Source of the DNA: Marsupella aquatica
Taxonomy: Eukaryota > Plantae > Marchantiophyta
NCBI GenBank assembly: GCA_973895155.1
Contig: OZ316897.1
Location: 2,173,312-2,237,311, forward strand
Length of the DNA stretch: 64,000 bases
Direction of reading: 5' to 3'
Shown: positions 49,778 to 63,766 of the stretch, piece after piece
Layout of the letters: every line of letters begins with the position of its first letter
How positions within the stretch are numbered: the first letter of the stretch is position 1
Made by a program: the position numbers and the translations under genes
Notes under the pieces: generated by a model
What the model saw: only the letters and a program-made list of their open reading frames with translations
Databases searched by the model: none
What the model was told of the DNA's origin: nothing

Positions 49778-51733
49778 ATGGGTCGGTGGAGATCATTCTT
49801 CAAACAAAGGTTTTCATCAAGGGGAAAATCTCCAAGAAGACAGGATGAGGTCCCATGCTCGATCTCAAGTTCTCAAAGCGCCAGAGAGAATTCGCGCAAT
49901 GTTGATGAAAACCGGGAAGGAAGCTCCCCTGAAGCCACCAGTGCTGATCGTCATGATTCTCCAAGGAAAGACCCCTTTTGGAGTAGAGTTAAAAAGCGAT
50001 CATACCAACTGGTGGACTTCCATGCACTTCCAGAGTATTTGCGTGGAAACGAGTTCATTTTACGGCACTACAGAGCAGATTGGCCGTTGAAGGAAGCTCT
50101 CCTTAGCGTTTTCAGGATCCATAATGAGACTCTTAACATTTGGACGTGAGTTGCAATTCTTATGTGCTTCCTCGTGAAAGTCTTAGTCTCTCACCTTGAT
50201 CCTTAATTGAGTAGTCCAGGACGTCTGTTACTCTCTGGCCAGGAACATGACGTTCTCAATATCCTTCTCAATATCCACTGTAGTATGAGTAGCAAATCCC
50301 AGCATCTTCAATACATCTCCTTGTCACCGTAGCGTTGTCATTCGAGGTCATTGGCAATCACAGATTCCAAGAAGCCATGGCAGTCCATTCCACTTGAGCA
50401 GCGTAATCTGAGGTTGGAAAGAATGCAGGAAATTCCTGCTTGGGATGTTGAGACAAGACGAGAGACTTTTATCTCCAAACTTACAACTTCACGCTTTTCT
50501 CCATCTCTGCCAAAACTCTGAGATTTTGATGTTCAGACACGAACCTTGAGGTTGGAGATAGCTGTAGGGTTTGAGACTCAGAGATCTTGTCATCTTACGG
50601 TGAACCTGATCATTTCCCCTCCTTTGCCTTTTGCAGGCATTTGATTGGCTTTCTGTTGTTTCTGGGGTTGACTATCTACACGGTATGGCAAATGCCTAAA
50701 GGCGAATATCCTTCTTTGTCAAAGTTGGCCACACTGCCAACAATGAGAGATCTTAACAAATACCACGCGGAGATAATGGCTTGCTTCCCGCCATTACCAC
50801 CATCTGTCCCGTCTCTTTTCCGTTCTCGATACTCTCCTGTTGTAATCAAGGACCACATTGCAAGCTTTCGTTCAAGCCCTCCACAATGCATTGTGGTAAG
50901 CTCGATGTGACAAACCTATCCCCTCGTTGAATTGACTCAATTCGAAATATGTACAACCCTCCCTTAACTATAACATGAAGTCATCGTTGAAGATCCAAGA
51001 GATCTGTCTATTCTTGTGACAGTATTCTCCAAAATCGTATTTACTGTCTAACAAAGCATGGAGCATTGTGGTGCAGCAAACCGTGAAGGAAGATATAGGC
51101 AAAATGTTAGCACCAATTATGCGGAAACCAACGACTCGATGGCCATTCTTCATTTTTCTGGGAGGTGCAATGTTGTGTTTGTTAACAAGTAGCTGCGCCC
51201 ATTTGCTTTGTTGCCACTCCAGTCGATTGACGTCTTTCCTATGGCGCTGTGATTATGCTGGAATTTCAGCCATGATTGCAACTTCCTTCTTCCCTCCTGT
51301 TTACTACACATTCATGTGTCATCCCAACTGGCGAAACTTCTATCTCACAAGCATTACGATCATTGGTGTCCTCATTTTGATAGTTACTGTCAGTCCATCA
51401 TGGCAGAGGAACAAGTACAGAGTTTTCAGAACACTCTTATTTTGCGGGATGGGAATGTTTGGAATCATTCCATACATTCACAAATTCATAAGCCACAATC
51501 ACAACGAAGCATCGTACAATACCACAACACATGAAATTGTCATGAGCGTCTTTTATGGGCTTGGAGCCCTCTTCTATGCCACTCGCATTCCTGAGCGGTG
51601 GATGCCTGGCTCATTTGATATCGCAGGGCATAGCCATCAAATATTCCACGTCCTCGTAGTCTGTGGTGCTTACACCCACTACAAAGCTGCCTTGTTATAC
51701 CTCGAATGGAGGGACCAAAAAGGATGTGACTGA
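49778..51733 (+). CDS. HHP: Heptahelical transmembrane protein (PAQR / haemolysin-III / adiponectin-receptor family); exons 49778-50145, 50637-50895, 51077-51733
   Basis: [70 protein letters not shown]. Confidence 0.93.
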
Positions 51734-52511
51734 AATTAACTCGGTCAATTCAAAAGAGCAGGTACACAGATTCCACTCTTGTGTTTTCAATCAGCTTCCA
51801 GTGCTCCATACTAGTGGAAGTTATTGATATTGATTAAATCAACAGTAAAAGGAGGATGCTTTGTGCACCCACTCTAGTGACAGACAGCCACTGTTCATAA
51901 ACGGGCTCCTCTGTTAATGCCTACTTCGGGGCACTCCTCAAGCACAGGTACTACAGATACTGTTCCCTCCATCACTACGCTCCTCGCGATCATTATCACA
52001 CTAATGATGAGAATATATGCTAATTACGAACAGAGGGTAGAGGTACGGGGATGGAGGACATGATAGCTAGAGCCTTTAATGTGATTGGGTACGTATAAAT
52101 CGATGCAGATGTAACTGTAGGAAGTTTTCTTACGAATTTCTGGTGCAGTCAGGACTTTTGTATGACGGGGATTTCATAGTTAAAGAATCTCGATGACTCA
52201 ATATCCCATCGATCCTTTGAATAATTCAGGGTTCTGCTCACAGACGGGATACCATGGGGTCTGAAGTTCTCCACCGTTCCGACCCTCTCGTTCATTCCAA
52301 AAAGAATGGATTGTATTCAAACTAAGGTTTTCCGTCTGTTCTGAAATCTAAAGCCAATGACTTCATCCAAAGATACCCTGGCTATACAGTTTCCAATAGC
52401 TGGCCAACGGCATCGAAGAGCTCGAAGAATTTGTAATTCAAATCACAGAGACTATACAGAACAGGCTTATTTTGAATTCATTACTTTTTCCTGGCATTTT
52501 CTACTTATACA

Positions 52512-55500
52512 TTATCTTCCACCTGCAATCAGTCTATCAGAATCTTTAGCCTTTTTCTTGACCATACTGACAATTCTGTCGACATATGCAATGTATGCTT
52601 CAATGTTGAACTTCCGCTTGCAGCCTGCATAGTTCATGTAACGGATCTTTCCGAAGACTGGTCGCTCCTTCCAACCCTGGGACAATTCGCCCGAAGCACG
52701 CAGAAATTTAGTTGTCTCAATCAGCTGACAGGGCTTTCAATGGAGATATATTGATAAGACGCCCATCTAGAAACTCAATTTCTAATTTGTCATAAGAGTG
52801 AGAGATCTCATCTGAAGAAACAATGTTCGGGATGATCAGTGAACAACATGGAGAAAACTAAAGAGATGCCCTCACCTCACTCACCTGGTCATGAATACCA
52901 CAGATAGACCACATACAGCCCACATAGCCATTCGGATCCCTACCGTCCAGTTCGTACTGCAAGAAACAAATTCAGTTTGCCTTAAGTAAATGACTTGATG
53001 GAAAAGAAATAGACGATACACTAGTTATCCACTGACCAGTTTCCACACTTGTTCATTATTTTATCCCCTTGCCCTCATCAAAATAATTCACACATAATCT
53101 TAATTCCACCAATGCTAGAGGTTTCCCCACTCCCTGCACAACCCCTTTGGGCTGCCAGAGGGATCGTGCGTCTAGACTCTCATTGTTCGGGAAATAGGAA
53201 CGGACGAAAGATATAAGGCCAGAGCACCAAACTTTCATAGCGGTCAAGTGTGTAAAGCATTCTCGTTCGCCAGACTTGTCAAAATACCTTATCATTGAGG
53301 TAAATTGCTATCTCCAATGCGTCTTCTGGACCTGGAGTCCACTCTAGGATTTTTTTCGCCCAGTACATTCTGCAAGTGGAAAGAGGAAAAACGTTAATAG
53401 GGGAACACCAGAAATCAAGACACGTCCCAGGAATTGTATTTGACTCACGTAGAGATAAGGAAATCTCCAGTAACCATCTCATTATAAGCACCCCAACAAT
53501 GCACTAGTATTGTCCGCCCAAAGACCTTTGTACCATAGTAGAATCAGCGTATGTACCTCATAAAGCCGTGCATCTTCCCATGGTGAACCATTTCTAGCTG
53601 TGATGCGTTCCAGAGCTGTAAACAGAAGATAGATACATGTGAGAAATAGAAATAAGCTTCTCATGCGTATAAAACTACAATTCACATAACATGCAGCAAA
53701 AATATTTATCTGCGTATTGTCAGATCCAGGCCAAAAATTTAAAAATCCTAGGCATTGTCGTAGAAGCAAAATTTATAGACTGCTAAATAATCAGGAGCGC
53801 GAAATGTGTCAGGTAGGTTCCAGTGCGTACTTTGTCATGAGTCCTTCCTTTCTCCAACTGTTCCCTCCTATAGATCAACCAAAATGAGCATGTCTCAATG
53901 TCAGATGGATTAAAAAGTTCCTCTCCAGAACATCACTATTGCAGATGGCTTTGAAGGACCTACGTATATAAAAATTCCCGTTTGTCTGAGGTATGATCCC
54001 GAAGTGTCTTTTGGGCCCAGTCCCATGCACCGCTGATGTTGTCATAATTCGGTTGGTAGTGGCAAAAGTTTTCCGAAAGCTCTCGCCTGACTACTAGTTC
54101 TTCTAAGAAAGAGTCAACCGTCTGAGAAACAAGACCACATACACAGGTAAGCTAGAAAAATTTGTCTCTGAAAAGTCTCTACTCAGTAAATACACCATTA
54201 TGCTGAAGTTAAGCGCCTTAATCTTATTATGTAGCATGTCGCTGGGTTCAAACACGTTCGACTGCGATTCATGCTCTCGTCTTTCAAGGGTGAGACCAGG
54301 AGAGACGGATGCTTTGGAAGACATTACGAGATGCACGCATACCTTTGGACAGTTCTTTCTAACCCTGCGTGCTTCTAAGGCAGCTCGCTGAGGAGAAATG
54401 TGACCGTAGTGCAAGTAGGGCGATAAACCGGAAAGAGAACCGATCTTTGTTGGATCATTCCGTTCATCGTACTTCTGAAGCCGTTTGGTGAGAAAACCAT
54501 TTTTGGTGCCTTGCAGTGCCTCAAGTGCCGCATCTTCTCCTGGTTCGCACCATTCTACCTCTGGAACTTCTGCACCCACACTTGTGCCAACGAAACCGAT
54601 GTCGTTCAGTCAAACCAGGCATAGATCAGACAATTGAAGTTGAACAATTGGGGACTGGGCAAAAAACCGAAATTTTCAAAGGAAAACGAGAACCCTCAGC
54701 AAAGCTGTACTTAAGTTTCGTTGTTCTGCAATGATGGCTAGGGAAACGCATCACAAGCGAAAGAGCTCCCAAGAAAATCCAGAGCACGGAGAACCGCGTG
54801 TGAATCGAACCCGACTTAGGTAAAGACAAAGGAAAGTTAAACAAAGATATTGGGAGTGCAACTGATACGACACACCAAATGATTCCAAACCAATTCACCT
54901 CAGCACTTCGTCTATCAACAGATCCCAGAAGATAGGGTCAGGATCCACAGAGGTCCAGGGCACTTGGGGAGGCTTCAAGTCTGGGAATTCCACCAAGTAT
55001 TCCGGAAGCAACTTGTGAATCTTTGTTCTAATGGTGCGTGCTCCATACTCCAGCTTCGGAGAACAAACCCAAACTGGAACAACGTTGTGTGCGTCCACTT
55101 CATGAACGCTAACAGACGGCGCTACATTGACACAAATTCCATCCCGCCAGACACGCCCTATTCTCAAAGGAGAAAAGTCCATCACCAACATGGACGCATC
55201 ACACTCTTTCAAAAATGCAGGTATCGTGTCTTCTGCTTTGCCCTGCCCAGATGAAAGAACTTTTCCGTTAGCGAGGAAAGTCTGCTGAGAGAAAGATAAA
55301 TTCAAACTTGAACATTGTTTGGGTCCAGTCCTCTATGTATTTTCAAGATATACCTTCTGTGTTTAGTGGGAAGAAGAGTGTGGAAGAAGACAGATAGAAC
55401 TTGAGTCTCAGATAGAAACCACCATTTTTTAGATAACGACATAGTTGCACAAGATTGAGATCTAGAATTATAAATCTCTGCTGTATGGAATAGGAGAGTG

Positions 55501-56137
55501 TCAAGGAATTCTACATCTGTTAGAGTTTTTGGTTTTGGATTAGTGTCTTAAGCCGACACACAACCGGAAGACATTATAAGGGTGTATTATTTGAAGCACT
55601 AGGGAATGAATACTCGGTAAAACTGCATATAAGAGCATAATAGCGAATGATGCGCACCCGAAACAAAAAGAAAGGAATATTAGAAGCTGCGAGGTTCTTC
55701 TCCAGCACACGAAGGCCCCTCAACATGAACCCAAAGTGACGAGCCTTCGCTCCCAGGAAATTTTCTACCAAGTTGAACACTACAGCCACAGGTGCACCCT
55801 TTTTGTTGGCCTCCTGGATCGCATGAAGTAGGGCCCAATTATCCCGAGATCGCTGATCTCTGGATACCCAATAGATAACTGGGCCTTTCTTTCCTGCGAC
55901 CCCTTCCTTCAGAGTTCTCACCCTATTGTAGTTCACATCATCGCTAACAGGTTTCTTGGGATCAGTCTTGTGTACAGTCTCTGCCTCCAAGTCAACTGAC
56001 GTCCCTCCATCCCACGCATCCCCCTCCTTCTTCGACTTCTTGGGGCTCGGCTTAACCCCACTAGGATCCTGCTTCGATCTCTTCAATACCATATCGATTG
56101 CCGGTTGGACTACCCTTTTATTACTGAGTCTGCTCAT
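52512..56137 (-). CDS. PHR1: Class II CPD photolyase; exons 56137-55658, 55242-54899, 54580-54343, 54121-53964, 53867-53831, 53615-53557, 53369-53288, 52956-52885, 52676-52512; possible upstream in-frame ATG at 56308
   Basis: [86 protein letters not shown]. Confidence 0.97.
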
Positions 56138-59100
56138 CTTGGAAGCTTGTTGGGCAGACTTGCTGACGTCAATTGCTACAGAGAGAACCGAGCAACTAGG
56201 TTGATATTGGTTTGAAATGGCTCCAAAAGGCCTCCGGAGAGCGAGGCACAGTAGGCTGATACTCTTTCCAGAGAAACAGTGCAGCAGGGAGGCAGATTGT
56301 ACCAACATCCAGTGCAAGAGAATTTGGAGTCTTTGAACATCGGATAGAAGCTCTATACCGACATAAGGTTCTAATGCAGCTTCAAGTCCCGAGAAGTTTG
56401 GCCTTGATCAAACACATCGGGCTTTTGAGCCAATCAACAAGTCCACGGCACCAGCAGATTTCCAATATTTACCCAAGCTACAATTTCGTCCCGACCCAAA
56501 GATGTTTCCTCGAATACTAAAGTCTAATGTTTCATCGCATGACCCTGCCAACACAAGCACAAGACTGTCAAAAAAAAACAGAGGCACAATTATGCAGCAT
56601 TTGCGCAACATTCAGCTCAAGGAGAGTCTTCTAGCCCATAGCTTTCCAACGGGGCAGAAAAACATTCCCAAGCCCTGCCAGGCCACCCAAATTCCACAGA
56701 GCCTGCTCTCGAGGACTTAGGACGGTTATTGCCTAAGCTCGGACGAAGAGAAATATCACCAAACTTAAATGCATTGGTCACAAAAGAATATTACGGTATT
56801 GTTGGGAAGCGGTTGAGATGATGGATGCAGGGCCAAAAAGAAATTTTCTTAGAGTCACAATTCCCCCCTAGAGAGGGAACGATAGAGAGACACAGAAAAA
56901 CTGAAGGCCCAAGAGGTTGATAATTCCTCCTGCCTGTAATGGTGGGTCTGACTTAACTGCATTGGTTTGTAAGGAGAACCACCACAACACAATGGAAAAT
57001 GCAACCAAATCCAACCAAAACTGGAGAAGGACGAAGAAGGGACGAAGAAGAGACGGAGAAGGTGGAGACCGAAACTTTCAATTCAACTACTTTATGAAGC
57101 TTTGCGTTTTAAGCCACGAGGACCAAATTTAGAGGACCACGAGAACTCGAATTGAGAGACCAGACGGAAGGAAGTCGACGAACTTTATCACAATTTTTTA
57201 GAAAATAGCAACAGAATCTGTGAGCTTCACAACCGCACTGGCTTTCACTGAGACTGTTGACATACCATGAGGGCAAGAGAAAATGAACAATTACGGACGG
57301 CAAATTGCAAGCTTCCCTTTCCTTTCCTTTTTTCATACGTTTAAAAAATCGAAATCCAGAGGCACGAAGAAACTCTTACAATGACAATCACGGATTTGAC
57401 AAACGAATGGGGCACCAGTTTGAAAGTTTCGTTGTGGTGTGGATTCAAGTCGCCCAAAATTGGAACAATACAGAGCTCTTGCTCGAGGTATTTGGCACAC
57501 GAAGTCGAGAACCAAATAGAACATGTGGGTCTGGGTAGACCAACAAATGGGCAGTCGATTATGTGTCAAGCGAATCCGGGAACCAAATGGTGAGCTTCGA
57601 TTTGGTCTGGATTGAAAACTAGCAAATCGAAAGAGTGGAGCACGCGGGAAAGCGAGTGAATGGTGGGATTAGAAAGATAGCAACGAATCGACGGACGAGG
57701 GAGGCCCACCATAGACGGAGTAAAGAGTGCTGTAATGCTCGTCGACGTGGGTCTCGTCCTGCCTTGCAGTTACTTCTCCACTCCTGTCTGTCTCCTTGAC
57801 CCTAACACTAATGTACTGATTCAATGGATAAGAGCCCCCTAATCTCATTCATTGATATGTTTTAAGTACACCCTAACCCCGAGCCAATCTATTGATTAAT
57901 GGGGATCTCAAACCTCCAAATGTGATGGATCTTAATTTAGTAGGCTAAAGTTATGGACTGTCAAATTCATAGTCCATAGGGAGTGTCTTAGTAGTGCCCA
58001 ATGGCTGGAAATTTTTAGACTCATCATCCTTATGGGGCATGTATCCTTATGGGGCATGTATTTAGGTAAGTTAATCCGTGGACCCCCATGTTCATCCAAG
58101 GAATGTGTGTGATAAAGTGAAATCAATTTTCTACAAGGCGGTAACTGATGATTTTGAGTCTCCCAGTGATCTTGGTGTATGCTCGTACTAAAGAGAACGC
58201 TCAAAAAGATAGAGGAGATCAATCTGGTTGAGATGATCTCTTTGGTTCATCAAACCAAAGGTCGAATGTGTAAGAATTTTTTGGATGGTTTTTGCTCAAA
58301 CATTGGAGAAATCGTGTTTCTATCATTCCTGATTGATTGTTTGTGAGTTACGTTGAGAATTATTGCCACAAGACAGACCGGAGAACATCACTCAACTGTT
58401 GGCGAAAGGGTGCTTGTCATTTTGGTGGGAAGAACGCACAAAATGGATGAGCCATCACTTCACATATAGGTTTTGTAGTTTTTTTAATTTAAGAAAGCTA
58501 TTGTGTAAGGGGGAGACCAAAGATTGTTTCTTTGACACAGAGGTTACATTTGGCGTCAGCCTATGTTAAGAGTGAGCTTTGTTGAAGCCTGGAGCGACAC
58601 GAACAATTCAAATCAGGAAGCAAACGTTGCGGACAAGCAATGACAACGTAATCAAAGAAATCAATTTGCAGTGGCTAAGTTTGTGACGGTGATGGGATTA
58701 TGATGTCTCTTAATAGAGAAAATGTTTCCAATGAGCCTCGGATTGACAATTTTTGTCAAGTTCCAAATGAATTTTTGAATATCTTTGTCTTTCCAGTGAG
58801 TGTGACAATAAGAAATTTTGATCATGAGTTCATGAATTCTTTTAGCTTTTCAACATTGAGTTCGACATTGACAAATTTCATGTCAGATTTTGTCATGGTA
58901 CTAAAGAGATCATGAGGTTTTCAATCTCTCTAGTTTTCTAATGTGTGACATTGGAAGTATTCGTCAAGAATTAAAGAGATCATGAGTATGTGAATTTCTC
59001 TAGCTTTCCAATGAACTTAACATTGATAGATTTTGTCAAGTAATAAGGAGATGATGAGTTTTTAATTTTGCTCTAGCTTAGTTTCCAATGAATGTGATTT

Positions 59101-61559
59101 TGGGAGATTTAAAAATAATTTTAAAATACAAGCATTTTGATATAAAACACTGATATATCATTGACAAACATTAGAACATTGGTAACTTTATTTTACTAAA
59201 TGACATCTCTTCCTTTCTATTCTGTTTTTTTACGTTCAATATTTATGGCATGGCGCCCCAAAAATTACATTTCTTGTGCCACAAACAGGAATGTGCCCTT
59301 TTGTTATTGTCATAATTAAGATCTTTCCTGTTTGTGGCTGGTTGTGCTGATGTGGTGCAACCTCGTGGCAGGGAATTTGCAAGGGACTTCTCATGGGGGT
59401 CCGTAACTATAACACTTTTGTCCTGCCAATAAAAGCCTTTTATCTCCTTGGTTGTAATTGAGTTAAGGCAATGCTTTCACGCTGCCTGAAACTTTTTGCC
59501 ATGAAGATTGGTCATATGCCATGACCATATGTCACTGTAGAGGTTAGTGAAAACAAAACTCTGTGAAAAAGCTATGGACATTTGTTTATGGCGGAATGCC
59601 ACCATCCTCAAATTTGAAGGTTTGAGACAAATTTAAATTTGAAGCTTTAACCTTGCCCAAAAATTTTGTTTGTAAATTGGATGTAGAGCAATGAATCAGA
59701 ATGGAGTTCAGAGTGTGTTCTGTCCTGCCTTGAATTGTCCAAATGGAAGCAGTTGAGACCATGAAATGACCAATCTGCTTAGAGCACTTCTAAACCTTGG
59801 GAACCATTTTTTAACTGGAGGCCCCACTCAATCGATTCCCTGTTTGGAACGCACGTTGAGATCTGTTGTCATGTTATTGTCCTCATTCATGTCCCAAATG
59901 CACACATAGAGCAATTATCTTTCAACTTCCCCCCCTAAGATCATCCCTGGGACCCCCACCAGCCAATTATTATGTGTATAGTTAAGTGAATATCAATGCA
60001 AATTGTTGAACAACAAAAATGAGTCTTATTATTCAATCTCCTTAGGTTGAGGATGAATGGGGTATTAAGGGTCAATGTAGTGACATATAGAGGCACTTTA
60101 GATAAGGGGGGGCGGCAGCAGAATGGGGGAATTTTGGTGAACCATTCAATCTCATCTGTCCATTTAAACGTCATTCCTCTTTATAAAACCATTTGTATTA
60201 AGGCTTAGGTACAGCCAACCCTATCCCAATCCAATCTGGATTAGCTCGGATCTAGGTATAAGCTGACAAGGTCCAAACTTTGTGTAAAAAAAATCAGACC
60301 TTGCGTGTGCCACTCCAGCCCCTCGAAAGCCTTGGGTTACCCAACACATTGCTCTCCACAATACAAAGGCAAGACACATGGAGGGCTTGAAGGCAAATTG
60401 GCAGCTTGCGGTCATCTACTACTATAATAAGGAATCCCGTCAAAATGGTGGGTGGTCCGTTTACAAACACACTTTTGGAGGGAACATTCTGTGAGCATTG
60501 GATTTATAAATTCTTTTATCCTAACCTTTTATTAGTCAAAAAGTCATCTCCTAGACCCAAAGCCAAAGTATTTTGGTATATCACAAGGATTCTCTATGAA
60601 AGGCATGATAGCATAGGCTTGTGTGAGAGCCATGTGTTGTGCCATGTGTTGTCATTGGGATGGGGGCACTTGGGACACCACTATGAGGGGATAGGGACTA
60701 AGAGCCATAAAGTTCAAGTAGTAGGGAAGGGAAATAATGACTCACCCATGGGTGAGGAGCTGAATAGTGTCATACCCATAAGTAAGTAGGCCCAGGGGAT
60801 CATAGATAGGGGATGAGACAAAGTGGTGCAAAGGAATGTGAGAATAAAGAAAATAATAATAGGCAATAATAGTAAAAAAGGAGTAGAATAGAGACACCTT
60901 GCCTTCTATTGGGTTGTGAGGGGGAGAGGGGAGAGGCAGCCCACAAAAGGGTTGGAGGAGGCCATGATGATGGGGGATGTCACCCTCCACCTAGCGTTGT
61001 GTGAATGCGCCTGCCTTGTTTGCCATCACCTATCTTGCGCTCTCCCTTATCACTTTGCAATCTTTTTGACATAGACATCTTTTATGCAATGATATCCTTT
61101 TGGCAACATCTTACGTGCAAAACACAAGTATTTAACAGAACATGGTCAAGATCACACATAACATGTCTTAATAACTACATTGCAAAGCCTATATTGTCTT
61201 GTCTTGTCTGGTCTGGATATCTTTTTCTCATCTCGCCATCTTTTTTTCACTTTGATAATTTATCTCACCACAACATCTTTTCCTAACCTCAACATTGGTT
61301 CTCAGCTTGATATTTTTTTCAACTTGACATCTTTTCTCACCACTTTTCTTTTCTATTCCTAGGCCTTGACATCATTTTCTCTCTTTGACATTTTATCTTT
61401 TCTTCATCCTCAACATCTTTTTCTCAACTTTATATTTTATTTTTCTCCTCATCATCTTCCTCTCCTTGAAATCCTTTCTTGTGTCCAGTGATTTTTCTCA
61501 CCTGGACATATTTTTCAGTTCTGGATTTTTTAGTTGACATGTTATGTACAATGCACAGC

Positions 61560-61682
61560 ACGTAATTCCTGTCAGGAAAAGAGGTTACCGGTATGTAACC
61601 ATTTCTGCAGGGGCCTGCTATAGTCATAATCCGGTGTCCTGAAAAATCGAGCTGGTAACCTCTTTCCGGGCAGGAGTTACGT
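61560..61682. repeat. Imperfect inverted repeat with arms of about 31 bp (MITE-like or hairpin)
   Basis: acgtaattcctgtcaggaaaagaggttaccgg ... ctggtaacctctttccgggcaggagttacgt. Confidence 0.7.
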
Positions 61683-62859
61683 ACATTAGTGCAGGTCTGG
61701 GCTGGGGTTATAGACTGTAACCTGCTCCCGGAATATTCAAAGAAGCTTTCCAGTTGCTACCGATCAACTTATTTTTCATATTCCACATATTCTGGACGCA
61801 AGGTTACAACCTAGTAACCCTGCGCCCAGAGCTGCATTACCCTATACATACATGGGCTACGCTAGTTTTCCATAAAAGGCTAGTTTTCCATAAAACGTAA
61901 CCTGCCTGTCCTACCACGAAGGTGTCTGGCAATCGGGGCCCTGCCATCCGTTACGAGACCCTGTGGTCGAACCCCGGCAGCGTCTTCGCAACCCGCGTTT
62001 TTGGGTTGCCCGGCTGCCACCACCATTGCGCCGAGAAACAGCGTCTAAAGTACTTTTGACTAAAAGGAACCGAAAGCACGAGAGAACCACGAAGGAAGTG
62101 ACTCGAAGGGAAGGAAGCACGGCTAGCAAGGGAGCGAGCGAAGGAGGAAGCAACGAAGACGCAGAGCAGAAGTTCGTGTGAATGGAACTCAAGGCGGGGC
62201 GGAAGAATTTTGTGCAACCGAGTGGACGAAGAAGAAGCGGCCTGCGCGTCATCGCTACCTACACCACCGAAGCCCCAGAACGAACGCAGCCTCGGTTCAC
62301 AGCGTACCAGGTGAGAGTGCCGACTGCCGACTCCGTCCCTTTCCAAATCTCATGAATGCAGTCAATCCTGGCCTCTATGATTATTGTGTTGAGGTACTTC
62401 AGAGTGGACGCATCTGAGTGAGATATCGGTCAATTGTTGTGCTGCTTTCTGTTCTCCGTTTTCGTTGATGAGAGGGCCGATTTGTTGGTTGGGCTTCTCA
62501 TCCGGCTGGTGCGTGGATTCTGGTGTAGAGAGGATAGGTATGTGAAGAGGAAGAATTGCACGGGAGCTGGTAGAACAGGGGAGAGGAAAAGTTTAGGTCT
62601 CTAGTTTTAAATCCCGACGTTTGGAGGGAGTGGGTGTTTTGTGGGTTTTTGAGCTTGTTGGACGGATTTTGCTGGCGTTGTCATGAAGTGAAAGGGAGGG
62701 GAGAGATAGCCCAGGGAATCTGCAAGAGAATTTTTGAGAATCTGAGCTGTGGAGTTGCATTTCATCTCAGTGGAAGTTGAGGACCGGAAGTGAGGGAAGA
62801 TATAGAGTGCTGTGAGCCGCATGTGAAGGGTGTGGAGGTAGGCGAGAAGGAAATCTTTG

Positions 62860-63766
62860 ATGGCAGCACCTGGCGGAGGGGGCTATCCAGGCCCCCCTTC
62901 CGCACCACCAGCACCATCTGCGCCCCCTGCACCGTCGGCGTATCAGGGACAGCAAGCATGGCAACAACCCAGTTACAACTCTGGTCCTCCGAATTACAGC
63001 TCTGCTGCACCAACAAATTATAGCGTTGCTCCTCCGTCAAGCTACAGCTCTTCTCCATCCTCCCTTTCTTACGGCGGCAGCCAGCGATACAATTCTCAAA
63101 GCTCGTTTAGCGGGTCTGCACATCCTCCAACCACACCAACGGCAACTCCTTACACGGATCCACAGCAGCTGAACGCCGCTCCATACGGTCAGACTCAGGC
63201 TCCGAACTCCTATGGGCAAGGGCGGCCTCAAAGTCCAGCTACGTATGGCCATACTAACCACCCCCAGGCCTCCTATGCAGATCCCTCGAACCTGAGCTCC
63301 TCGTATCAGTCCCAGACTCCACCCAGTTACGGGCACCCTACAACACCTTCTAGCTATGGGCAGCCTCCTCAGCCGAGTAGCTATGGTCAACCTCCTCAAC
63401 CAGGAAGCTATGGAAAACCGACGTCTCAGCCGACGAGCTATGGACAACCTCCTCAATATGGGCAGTCACAGTATGCACAGCAATCACAATATCCAGCCGG
63501 AGGGTATCCAGCCGGAGGGTATCCGCCGTCAGTGTATGGGGCTGCTTATGGACAGGGGTTCAATCAGCCTGGCAAGCCGAAAGTGCAGTTCCCCATTGGC
63601 ACTGATCCGGACATAATTAGGGCTTTTGAGCTGGGTGACATTGATGGGAGCGGAGCTATTGATGCGGCCGAGCTGGGTCGAGTTTTGTCGACTGGGCTGC
63701 CTTTCAGTATGCGCACTGTCAACTTAATGTTACATTTATATAGTAAGCACGGGGCCAATAAAATAG
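62860..63766 (+). CDS. Penta-EF-hand (peflin/ALG-2-like, plant CML48-50/CBP type) calcium-binding protein; first coding exon only, gene continues past the window
   Basis: Long P/G/Y/Q/S-rich N-terminus, FPIGTDPDIIRAF, EF loop DIDGSGAIDAAE, FSMRTVNLMLHLY..KIG, then a GT donor at 63767. Confidence 0.9.

Noticed and set aside
63037-63456. Arg-rich minus-strand ORF
   Set aside because: Antisense shadow of the SYGQPP repeats of the PEF protein
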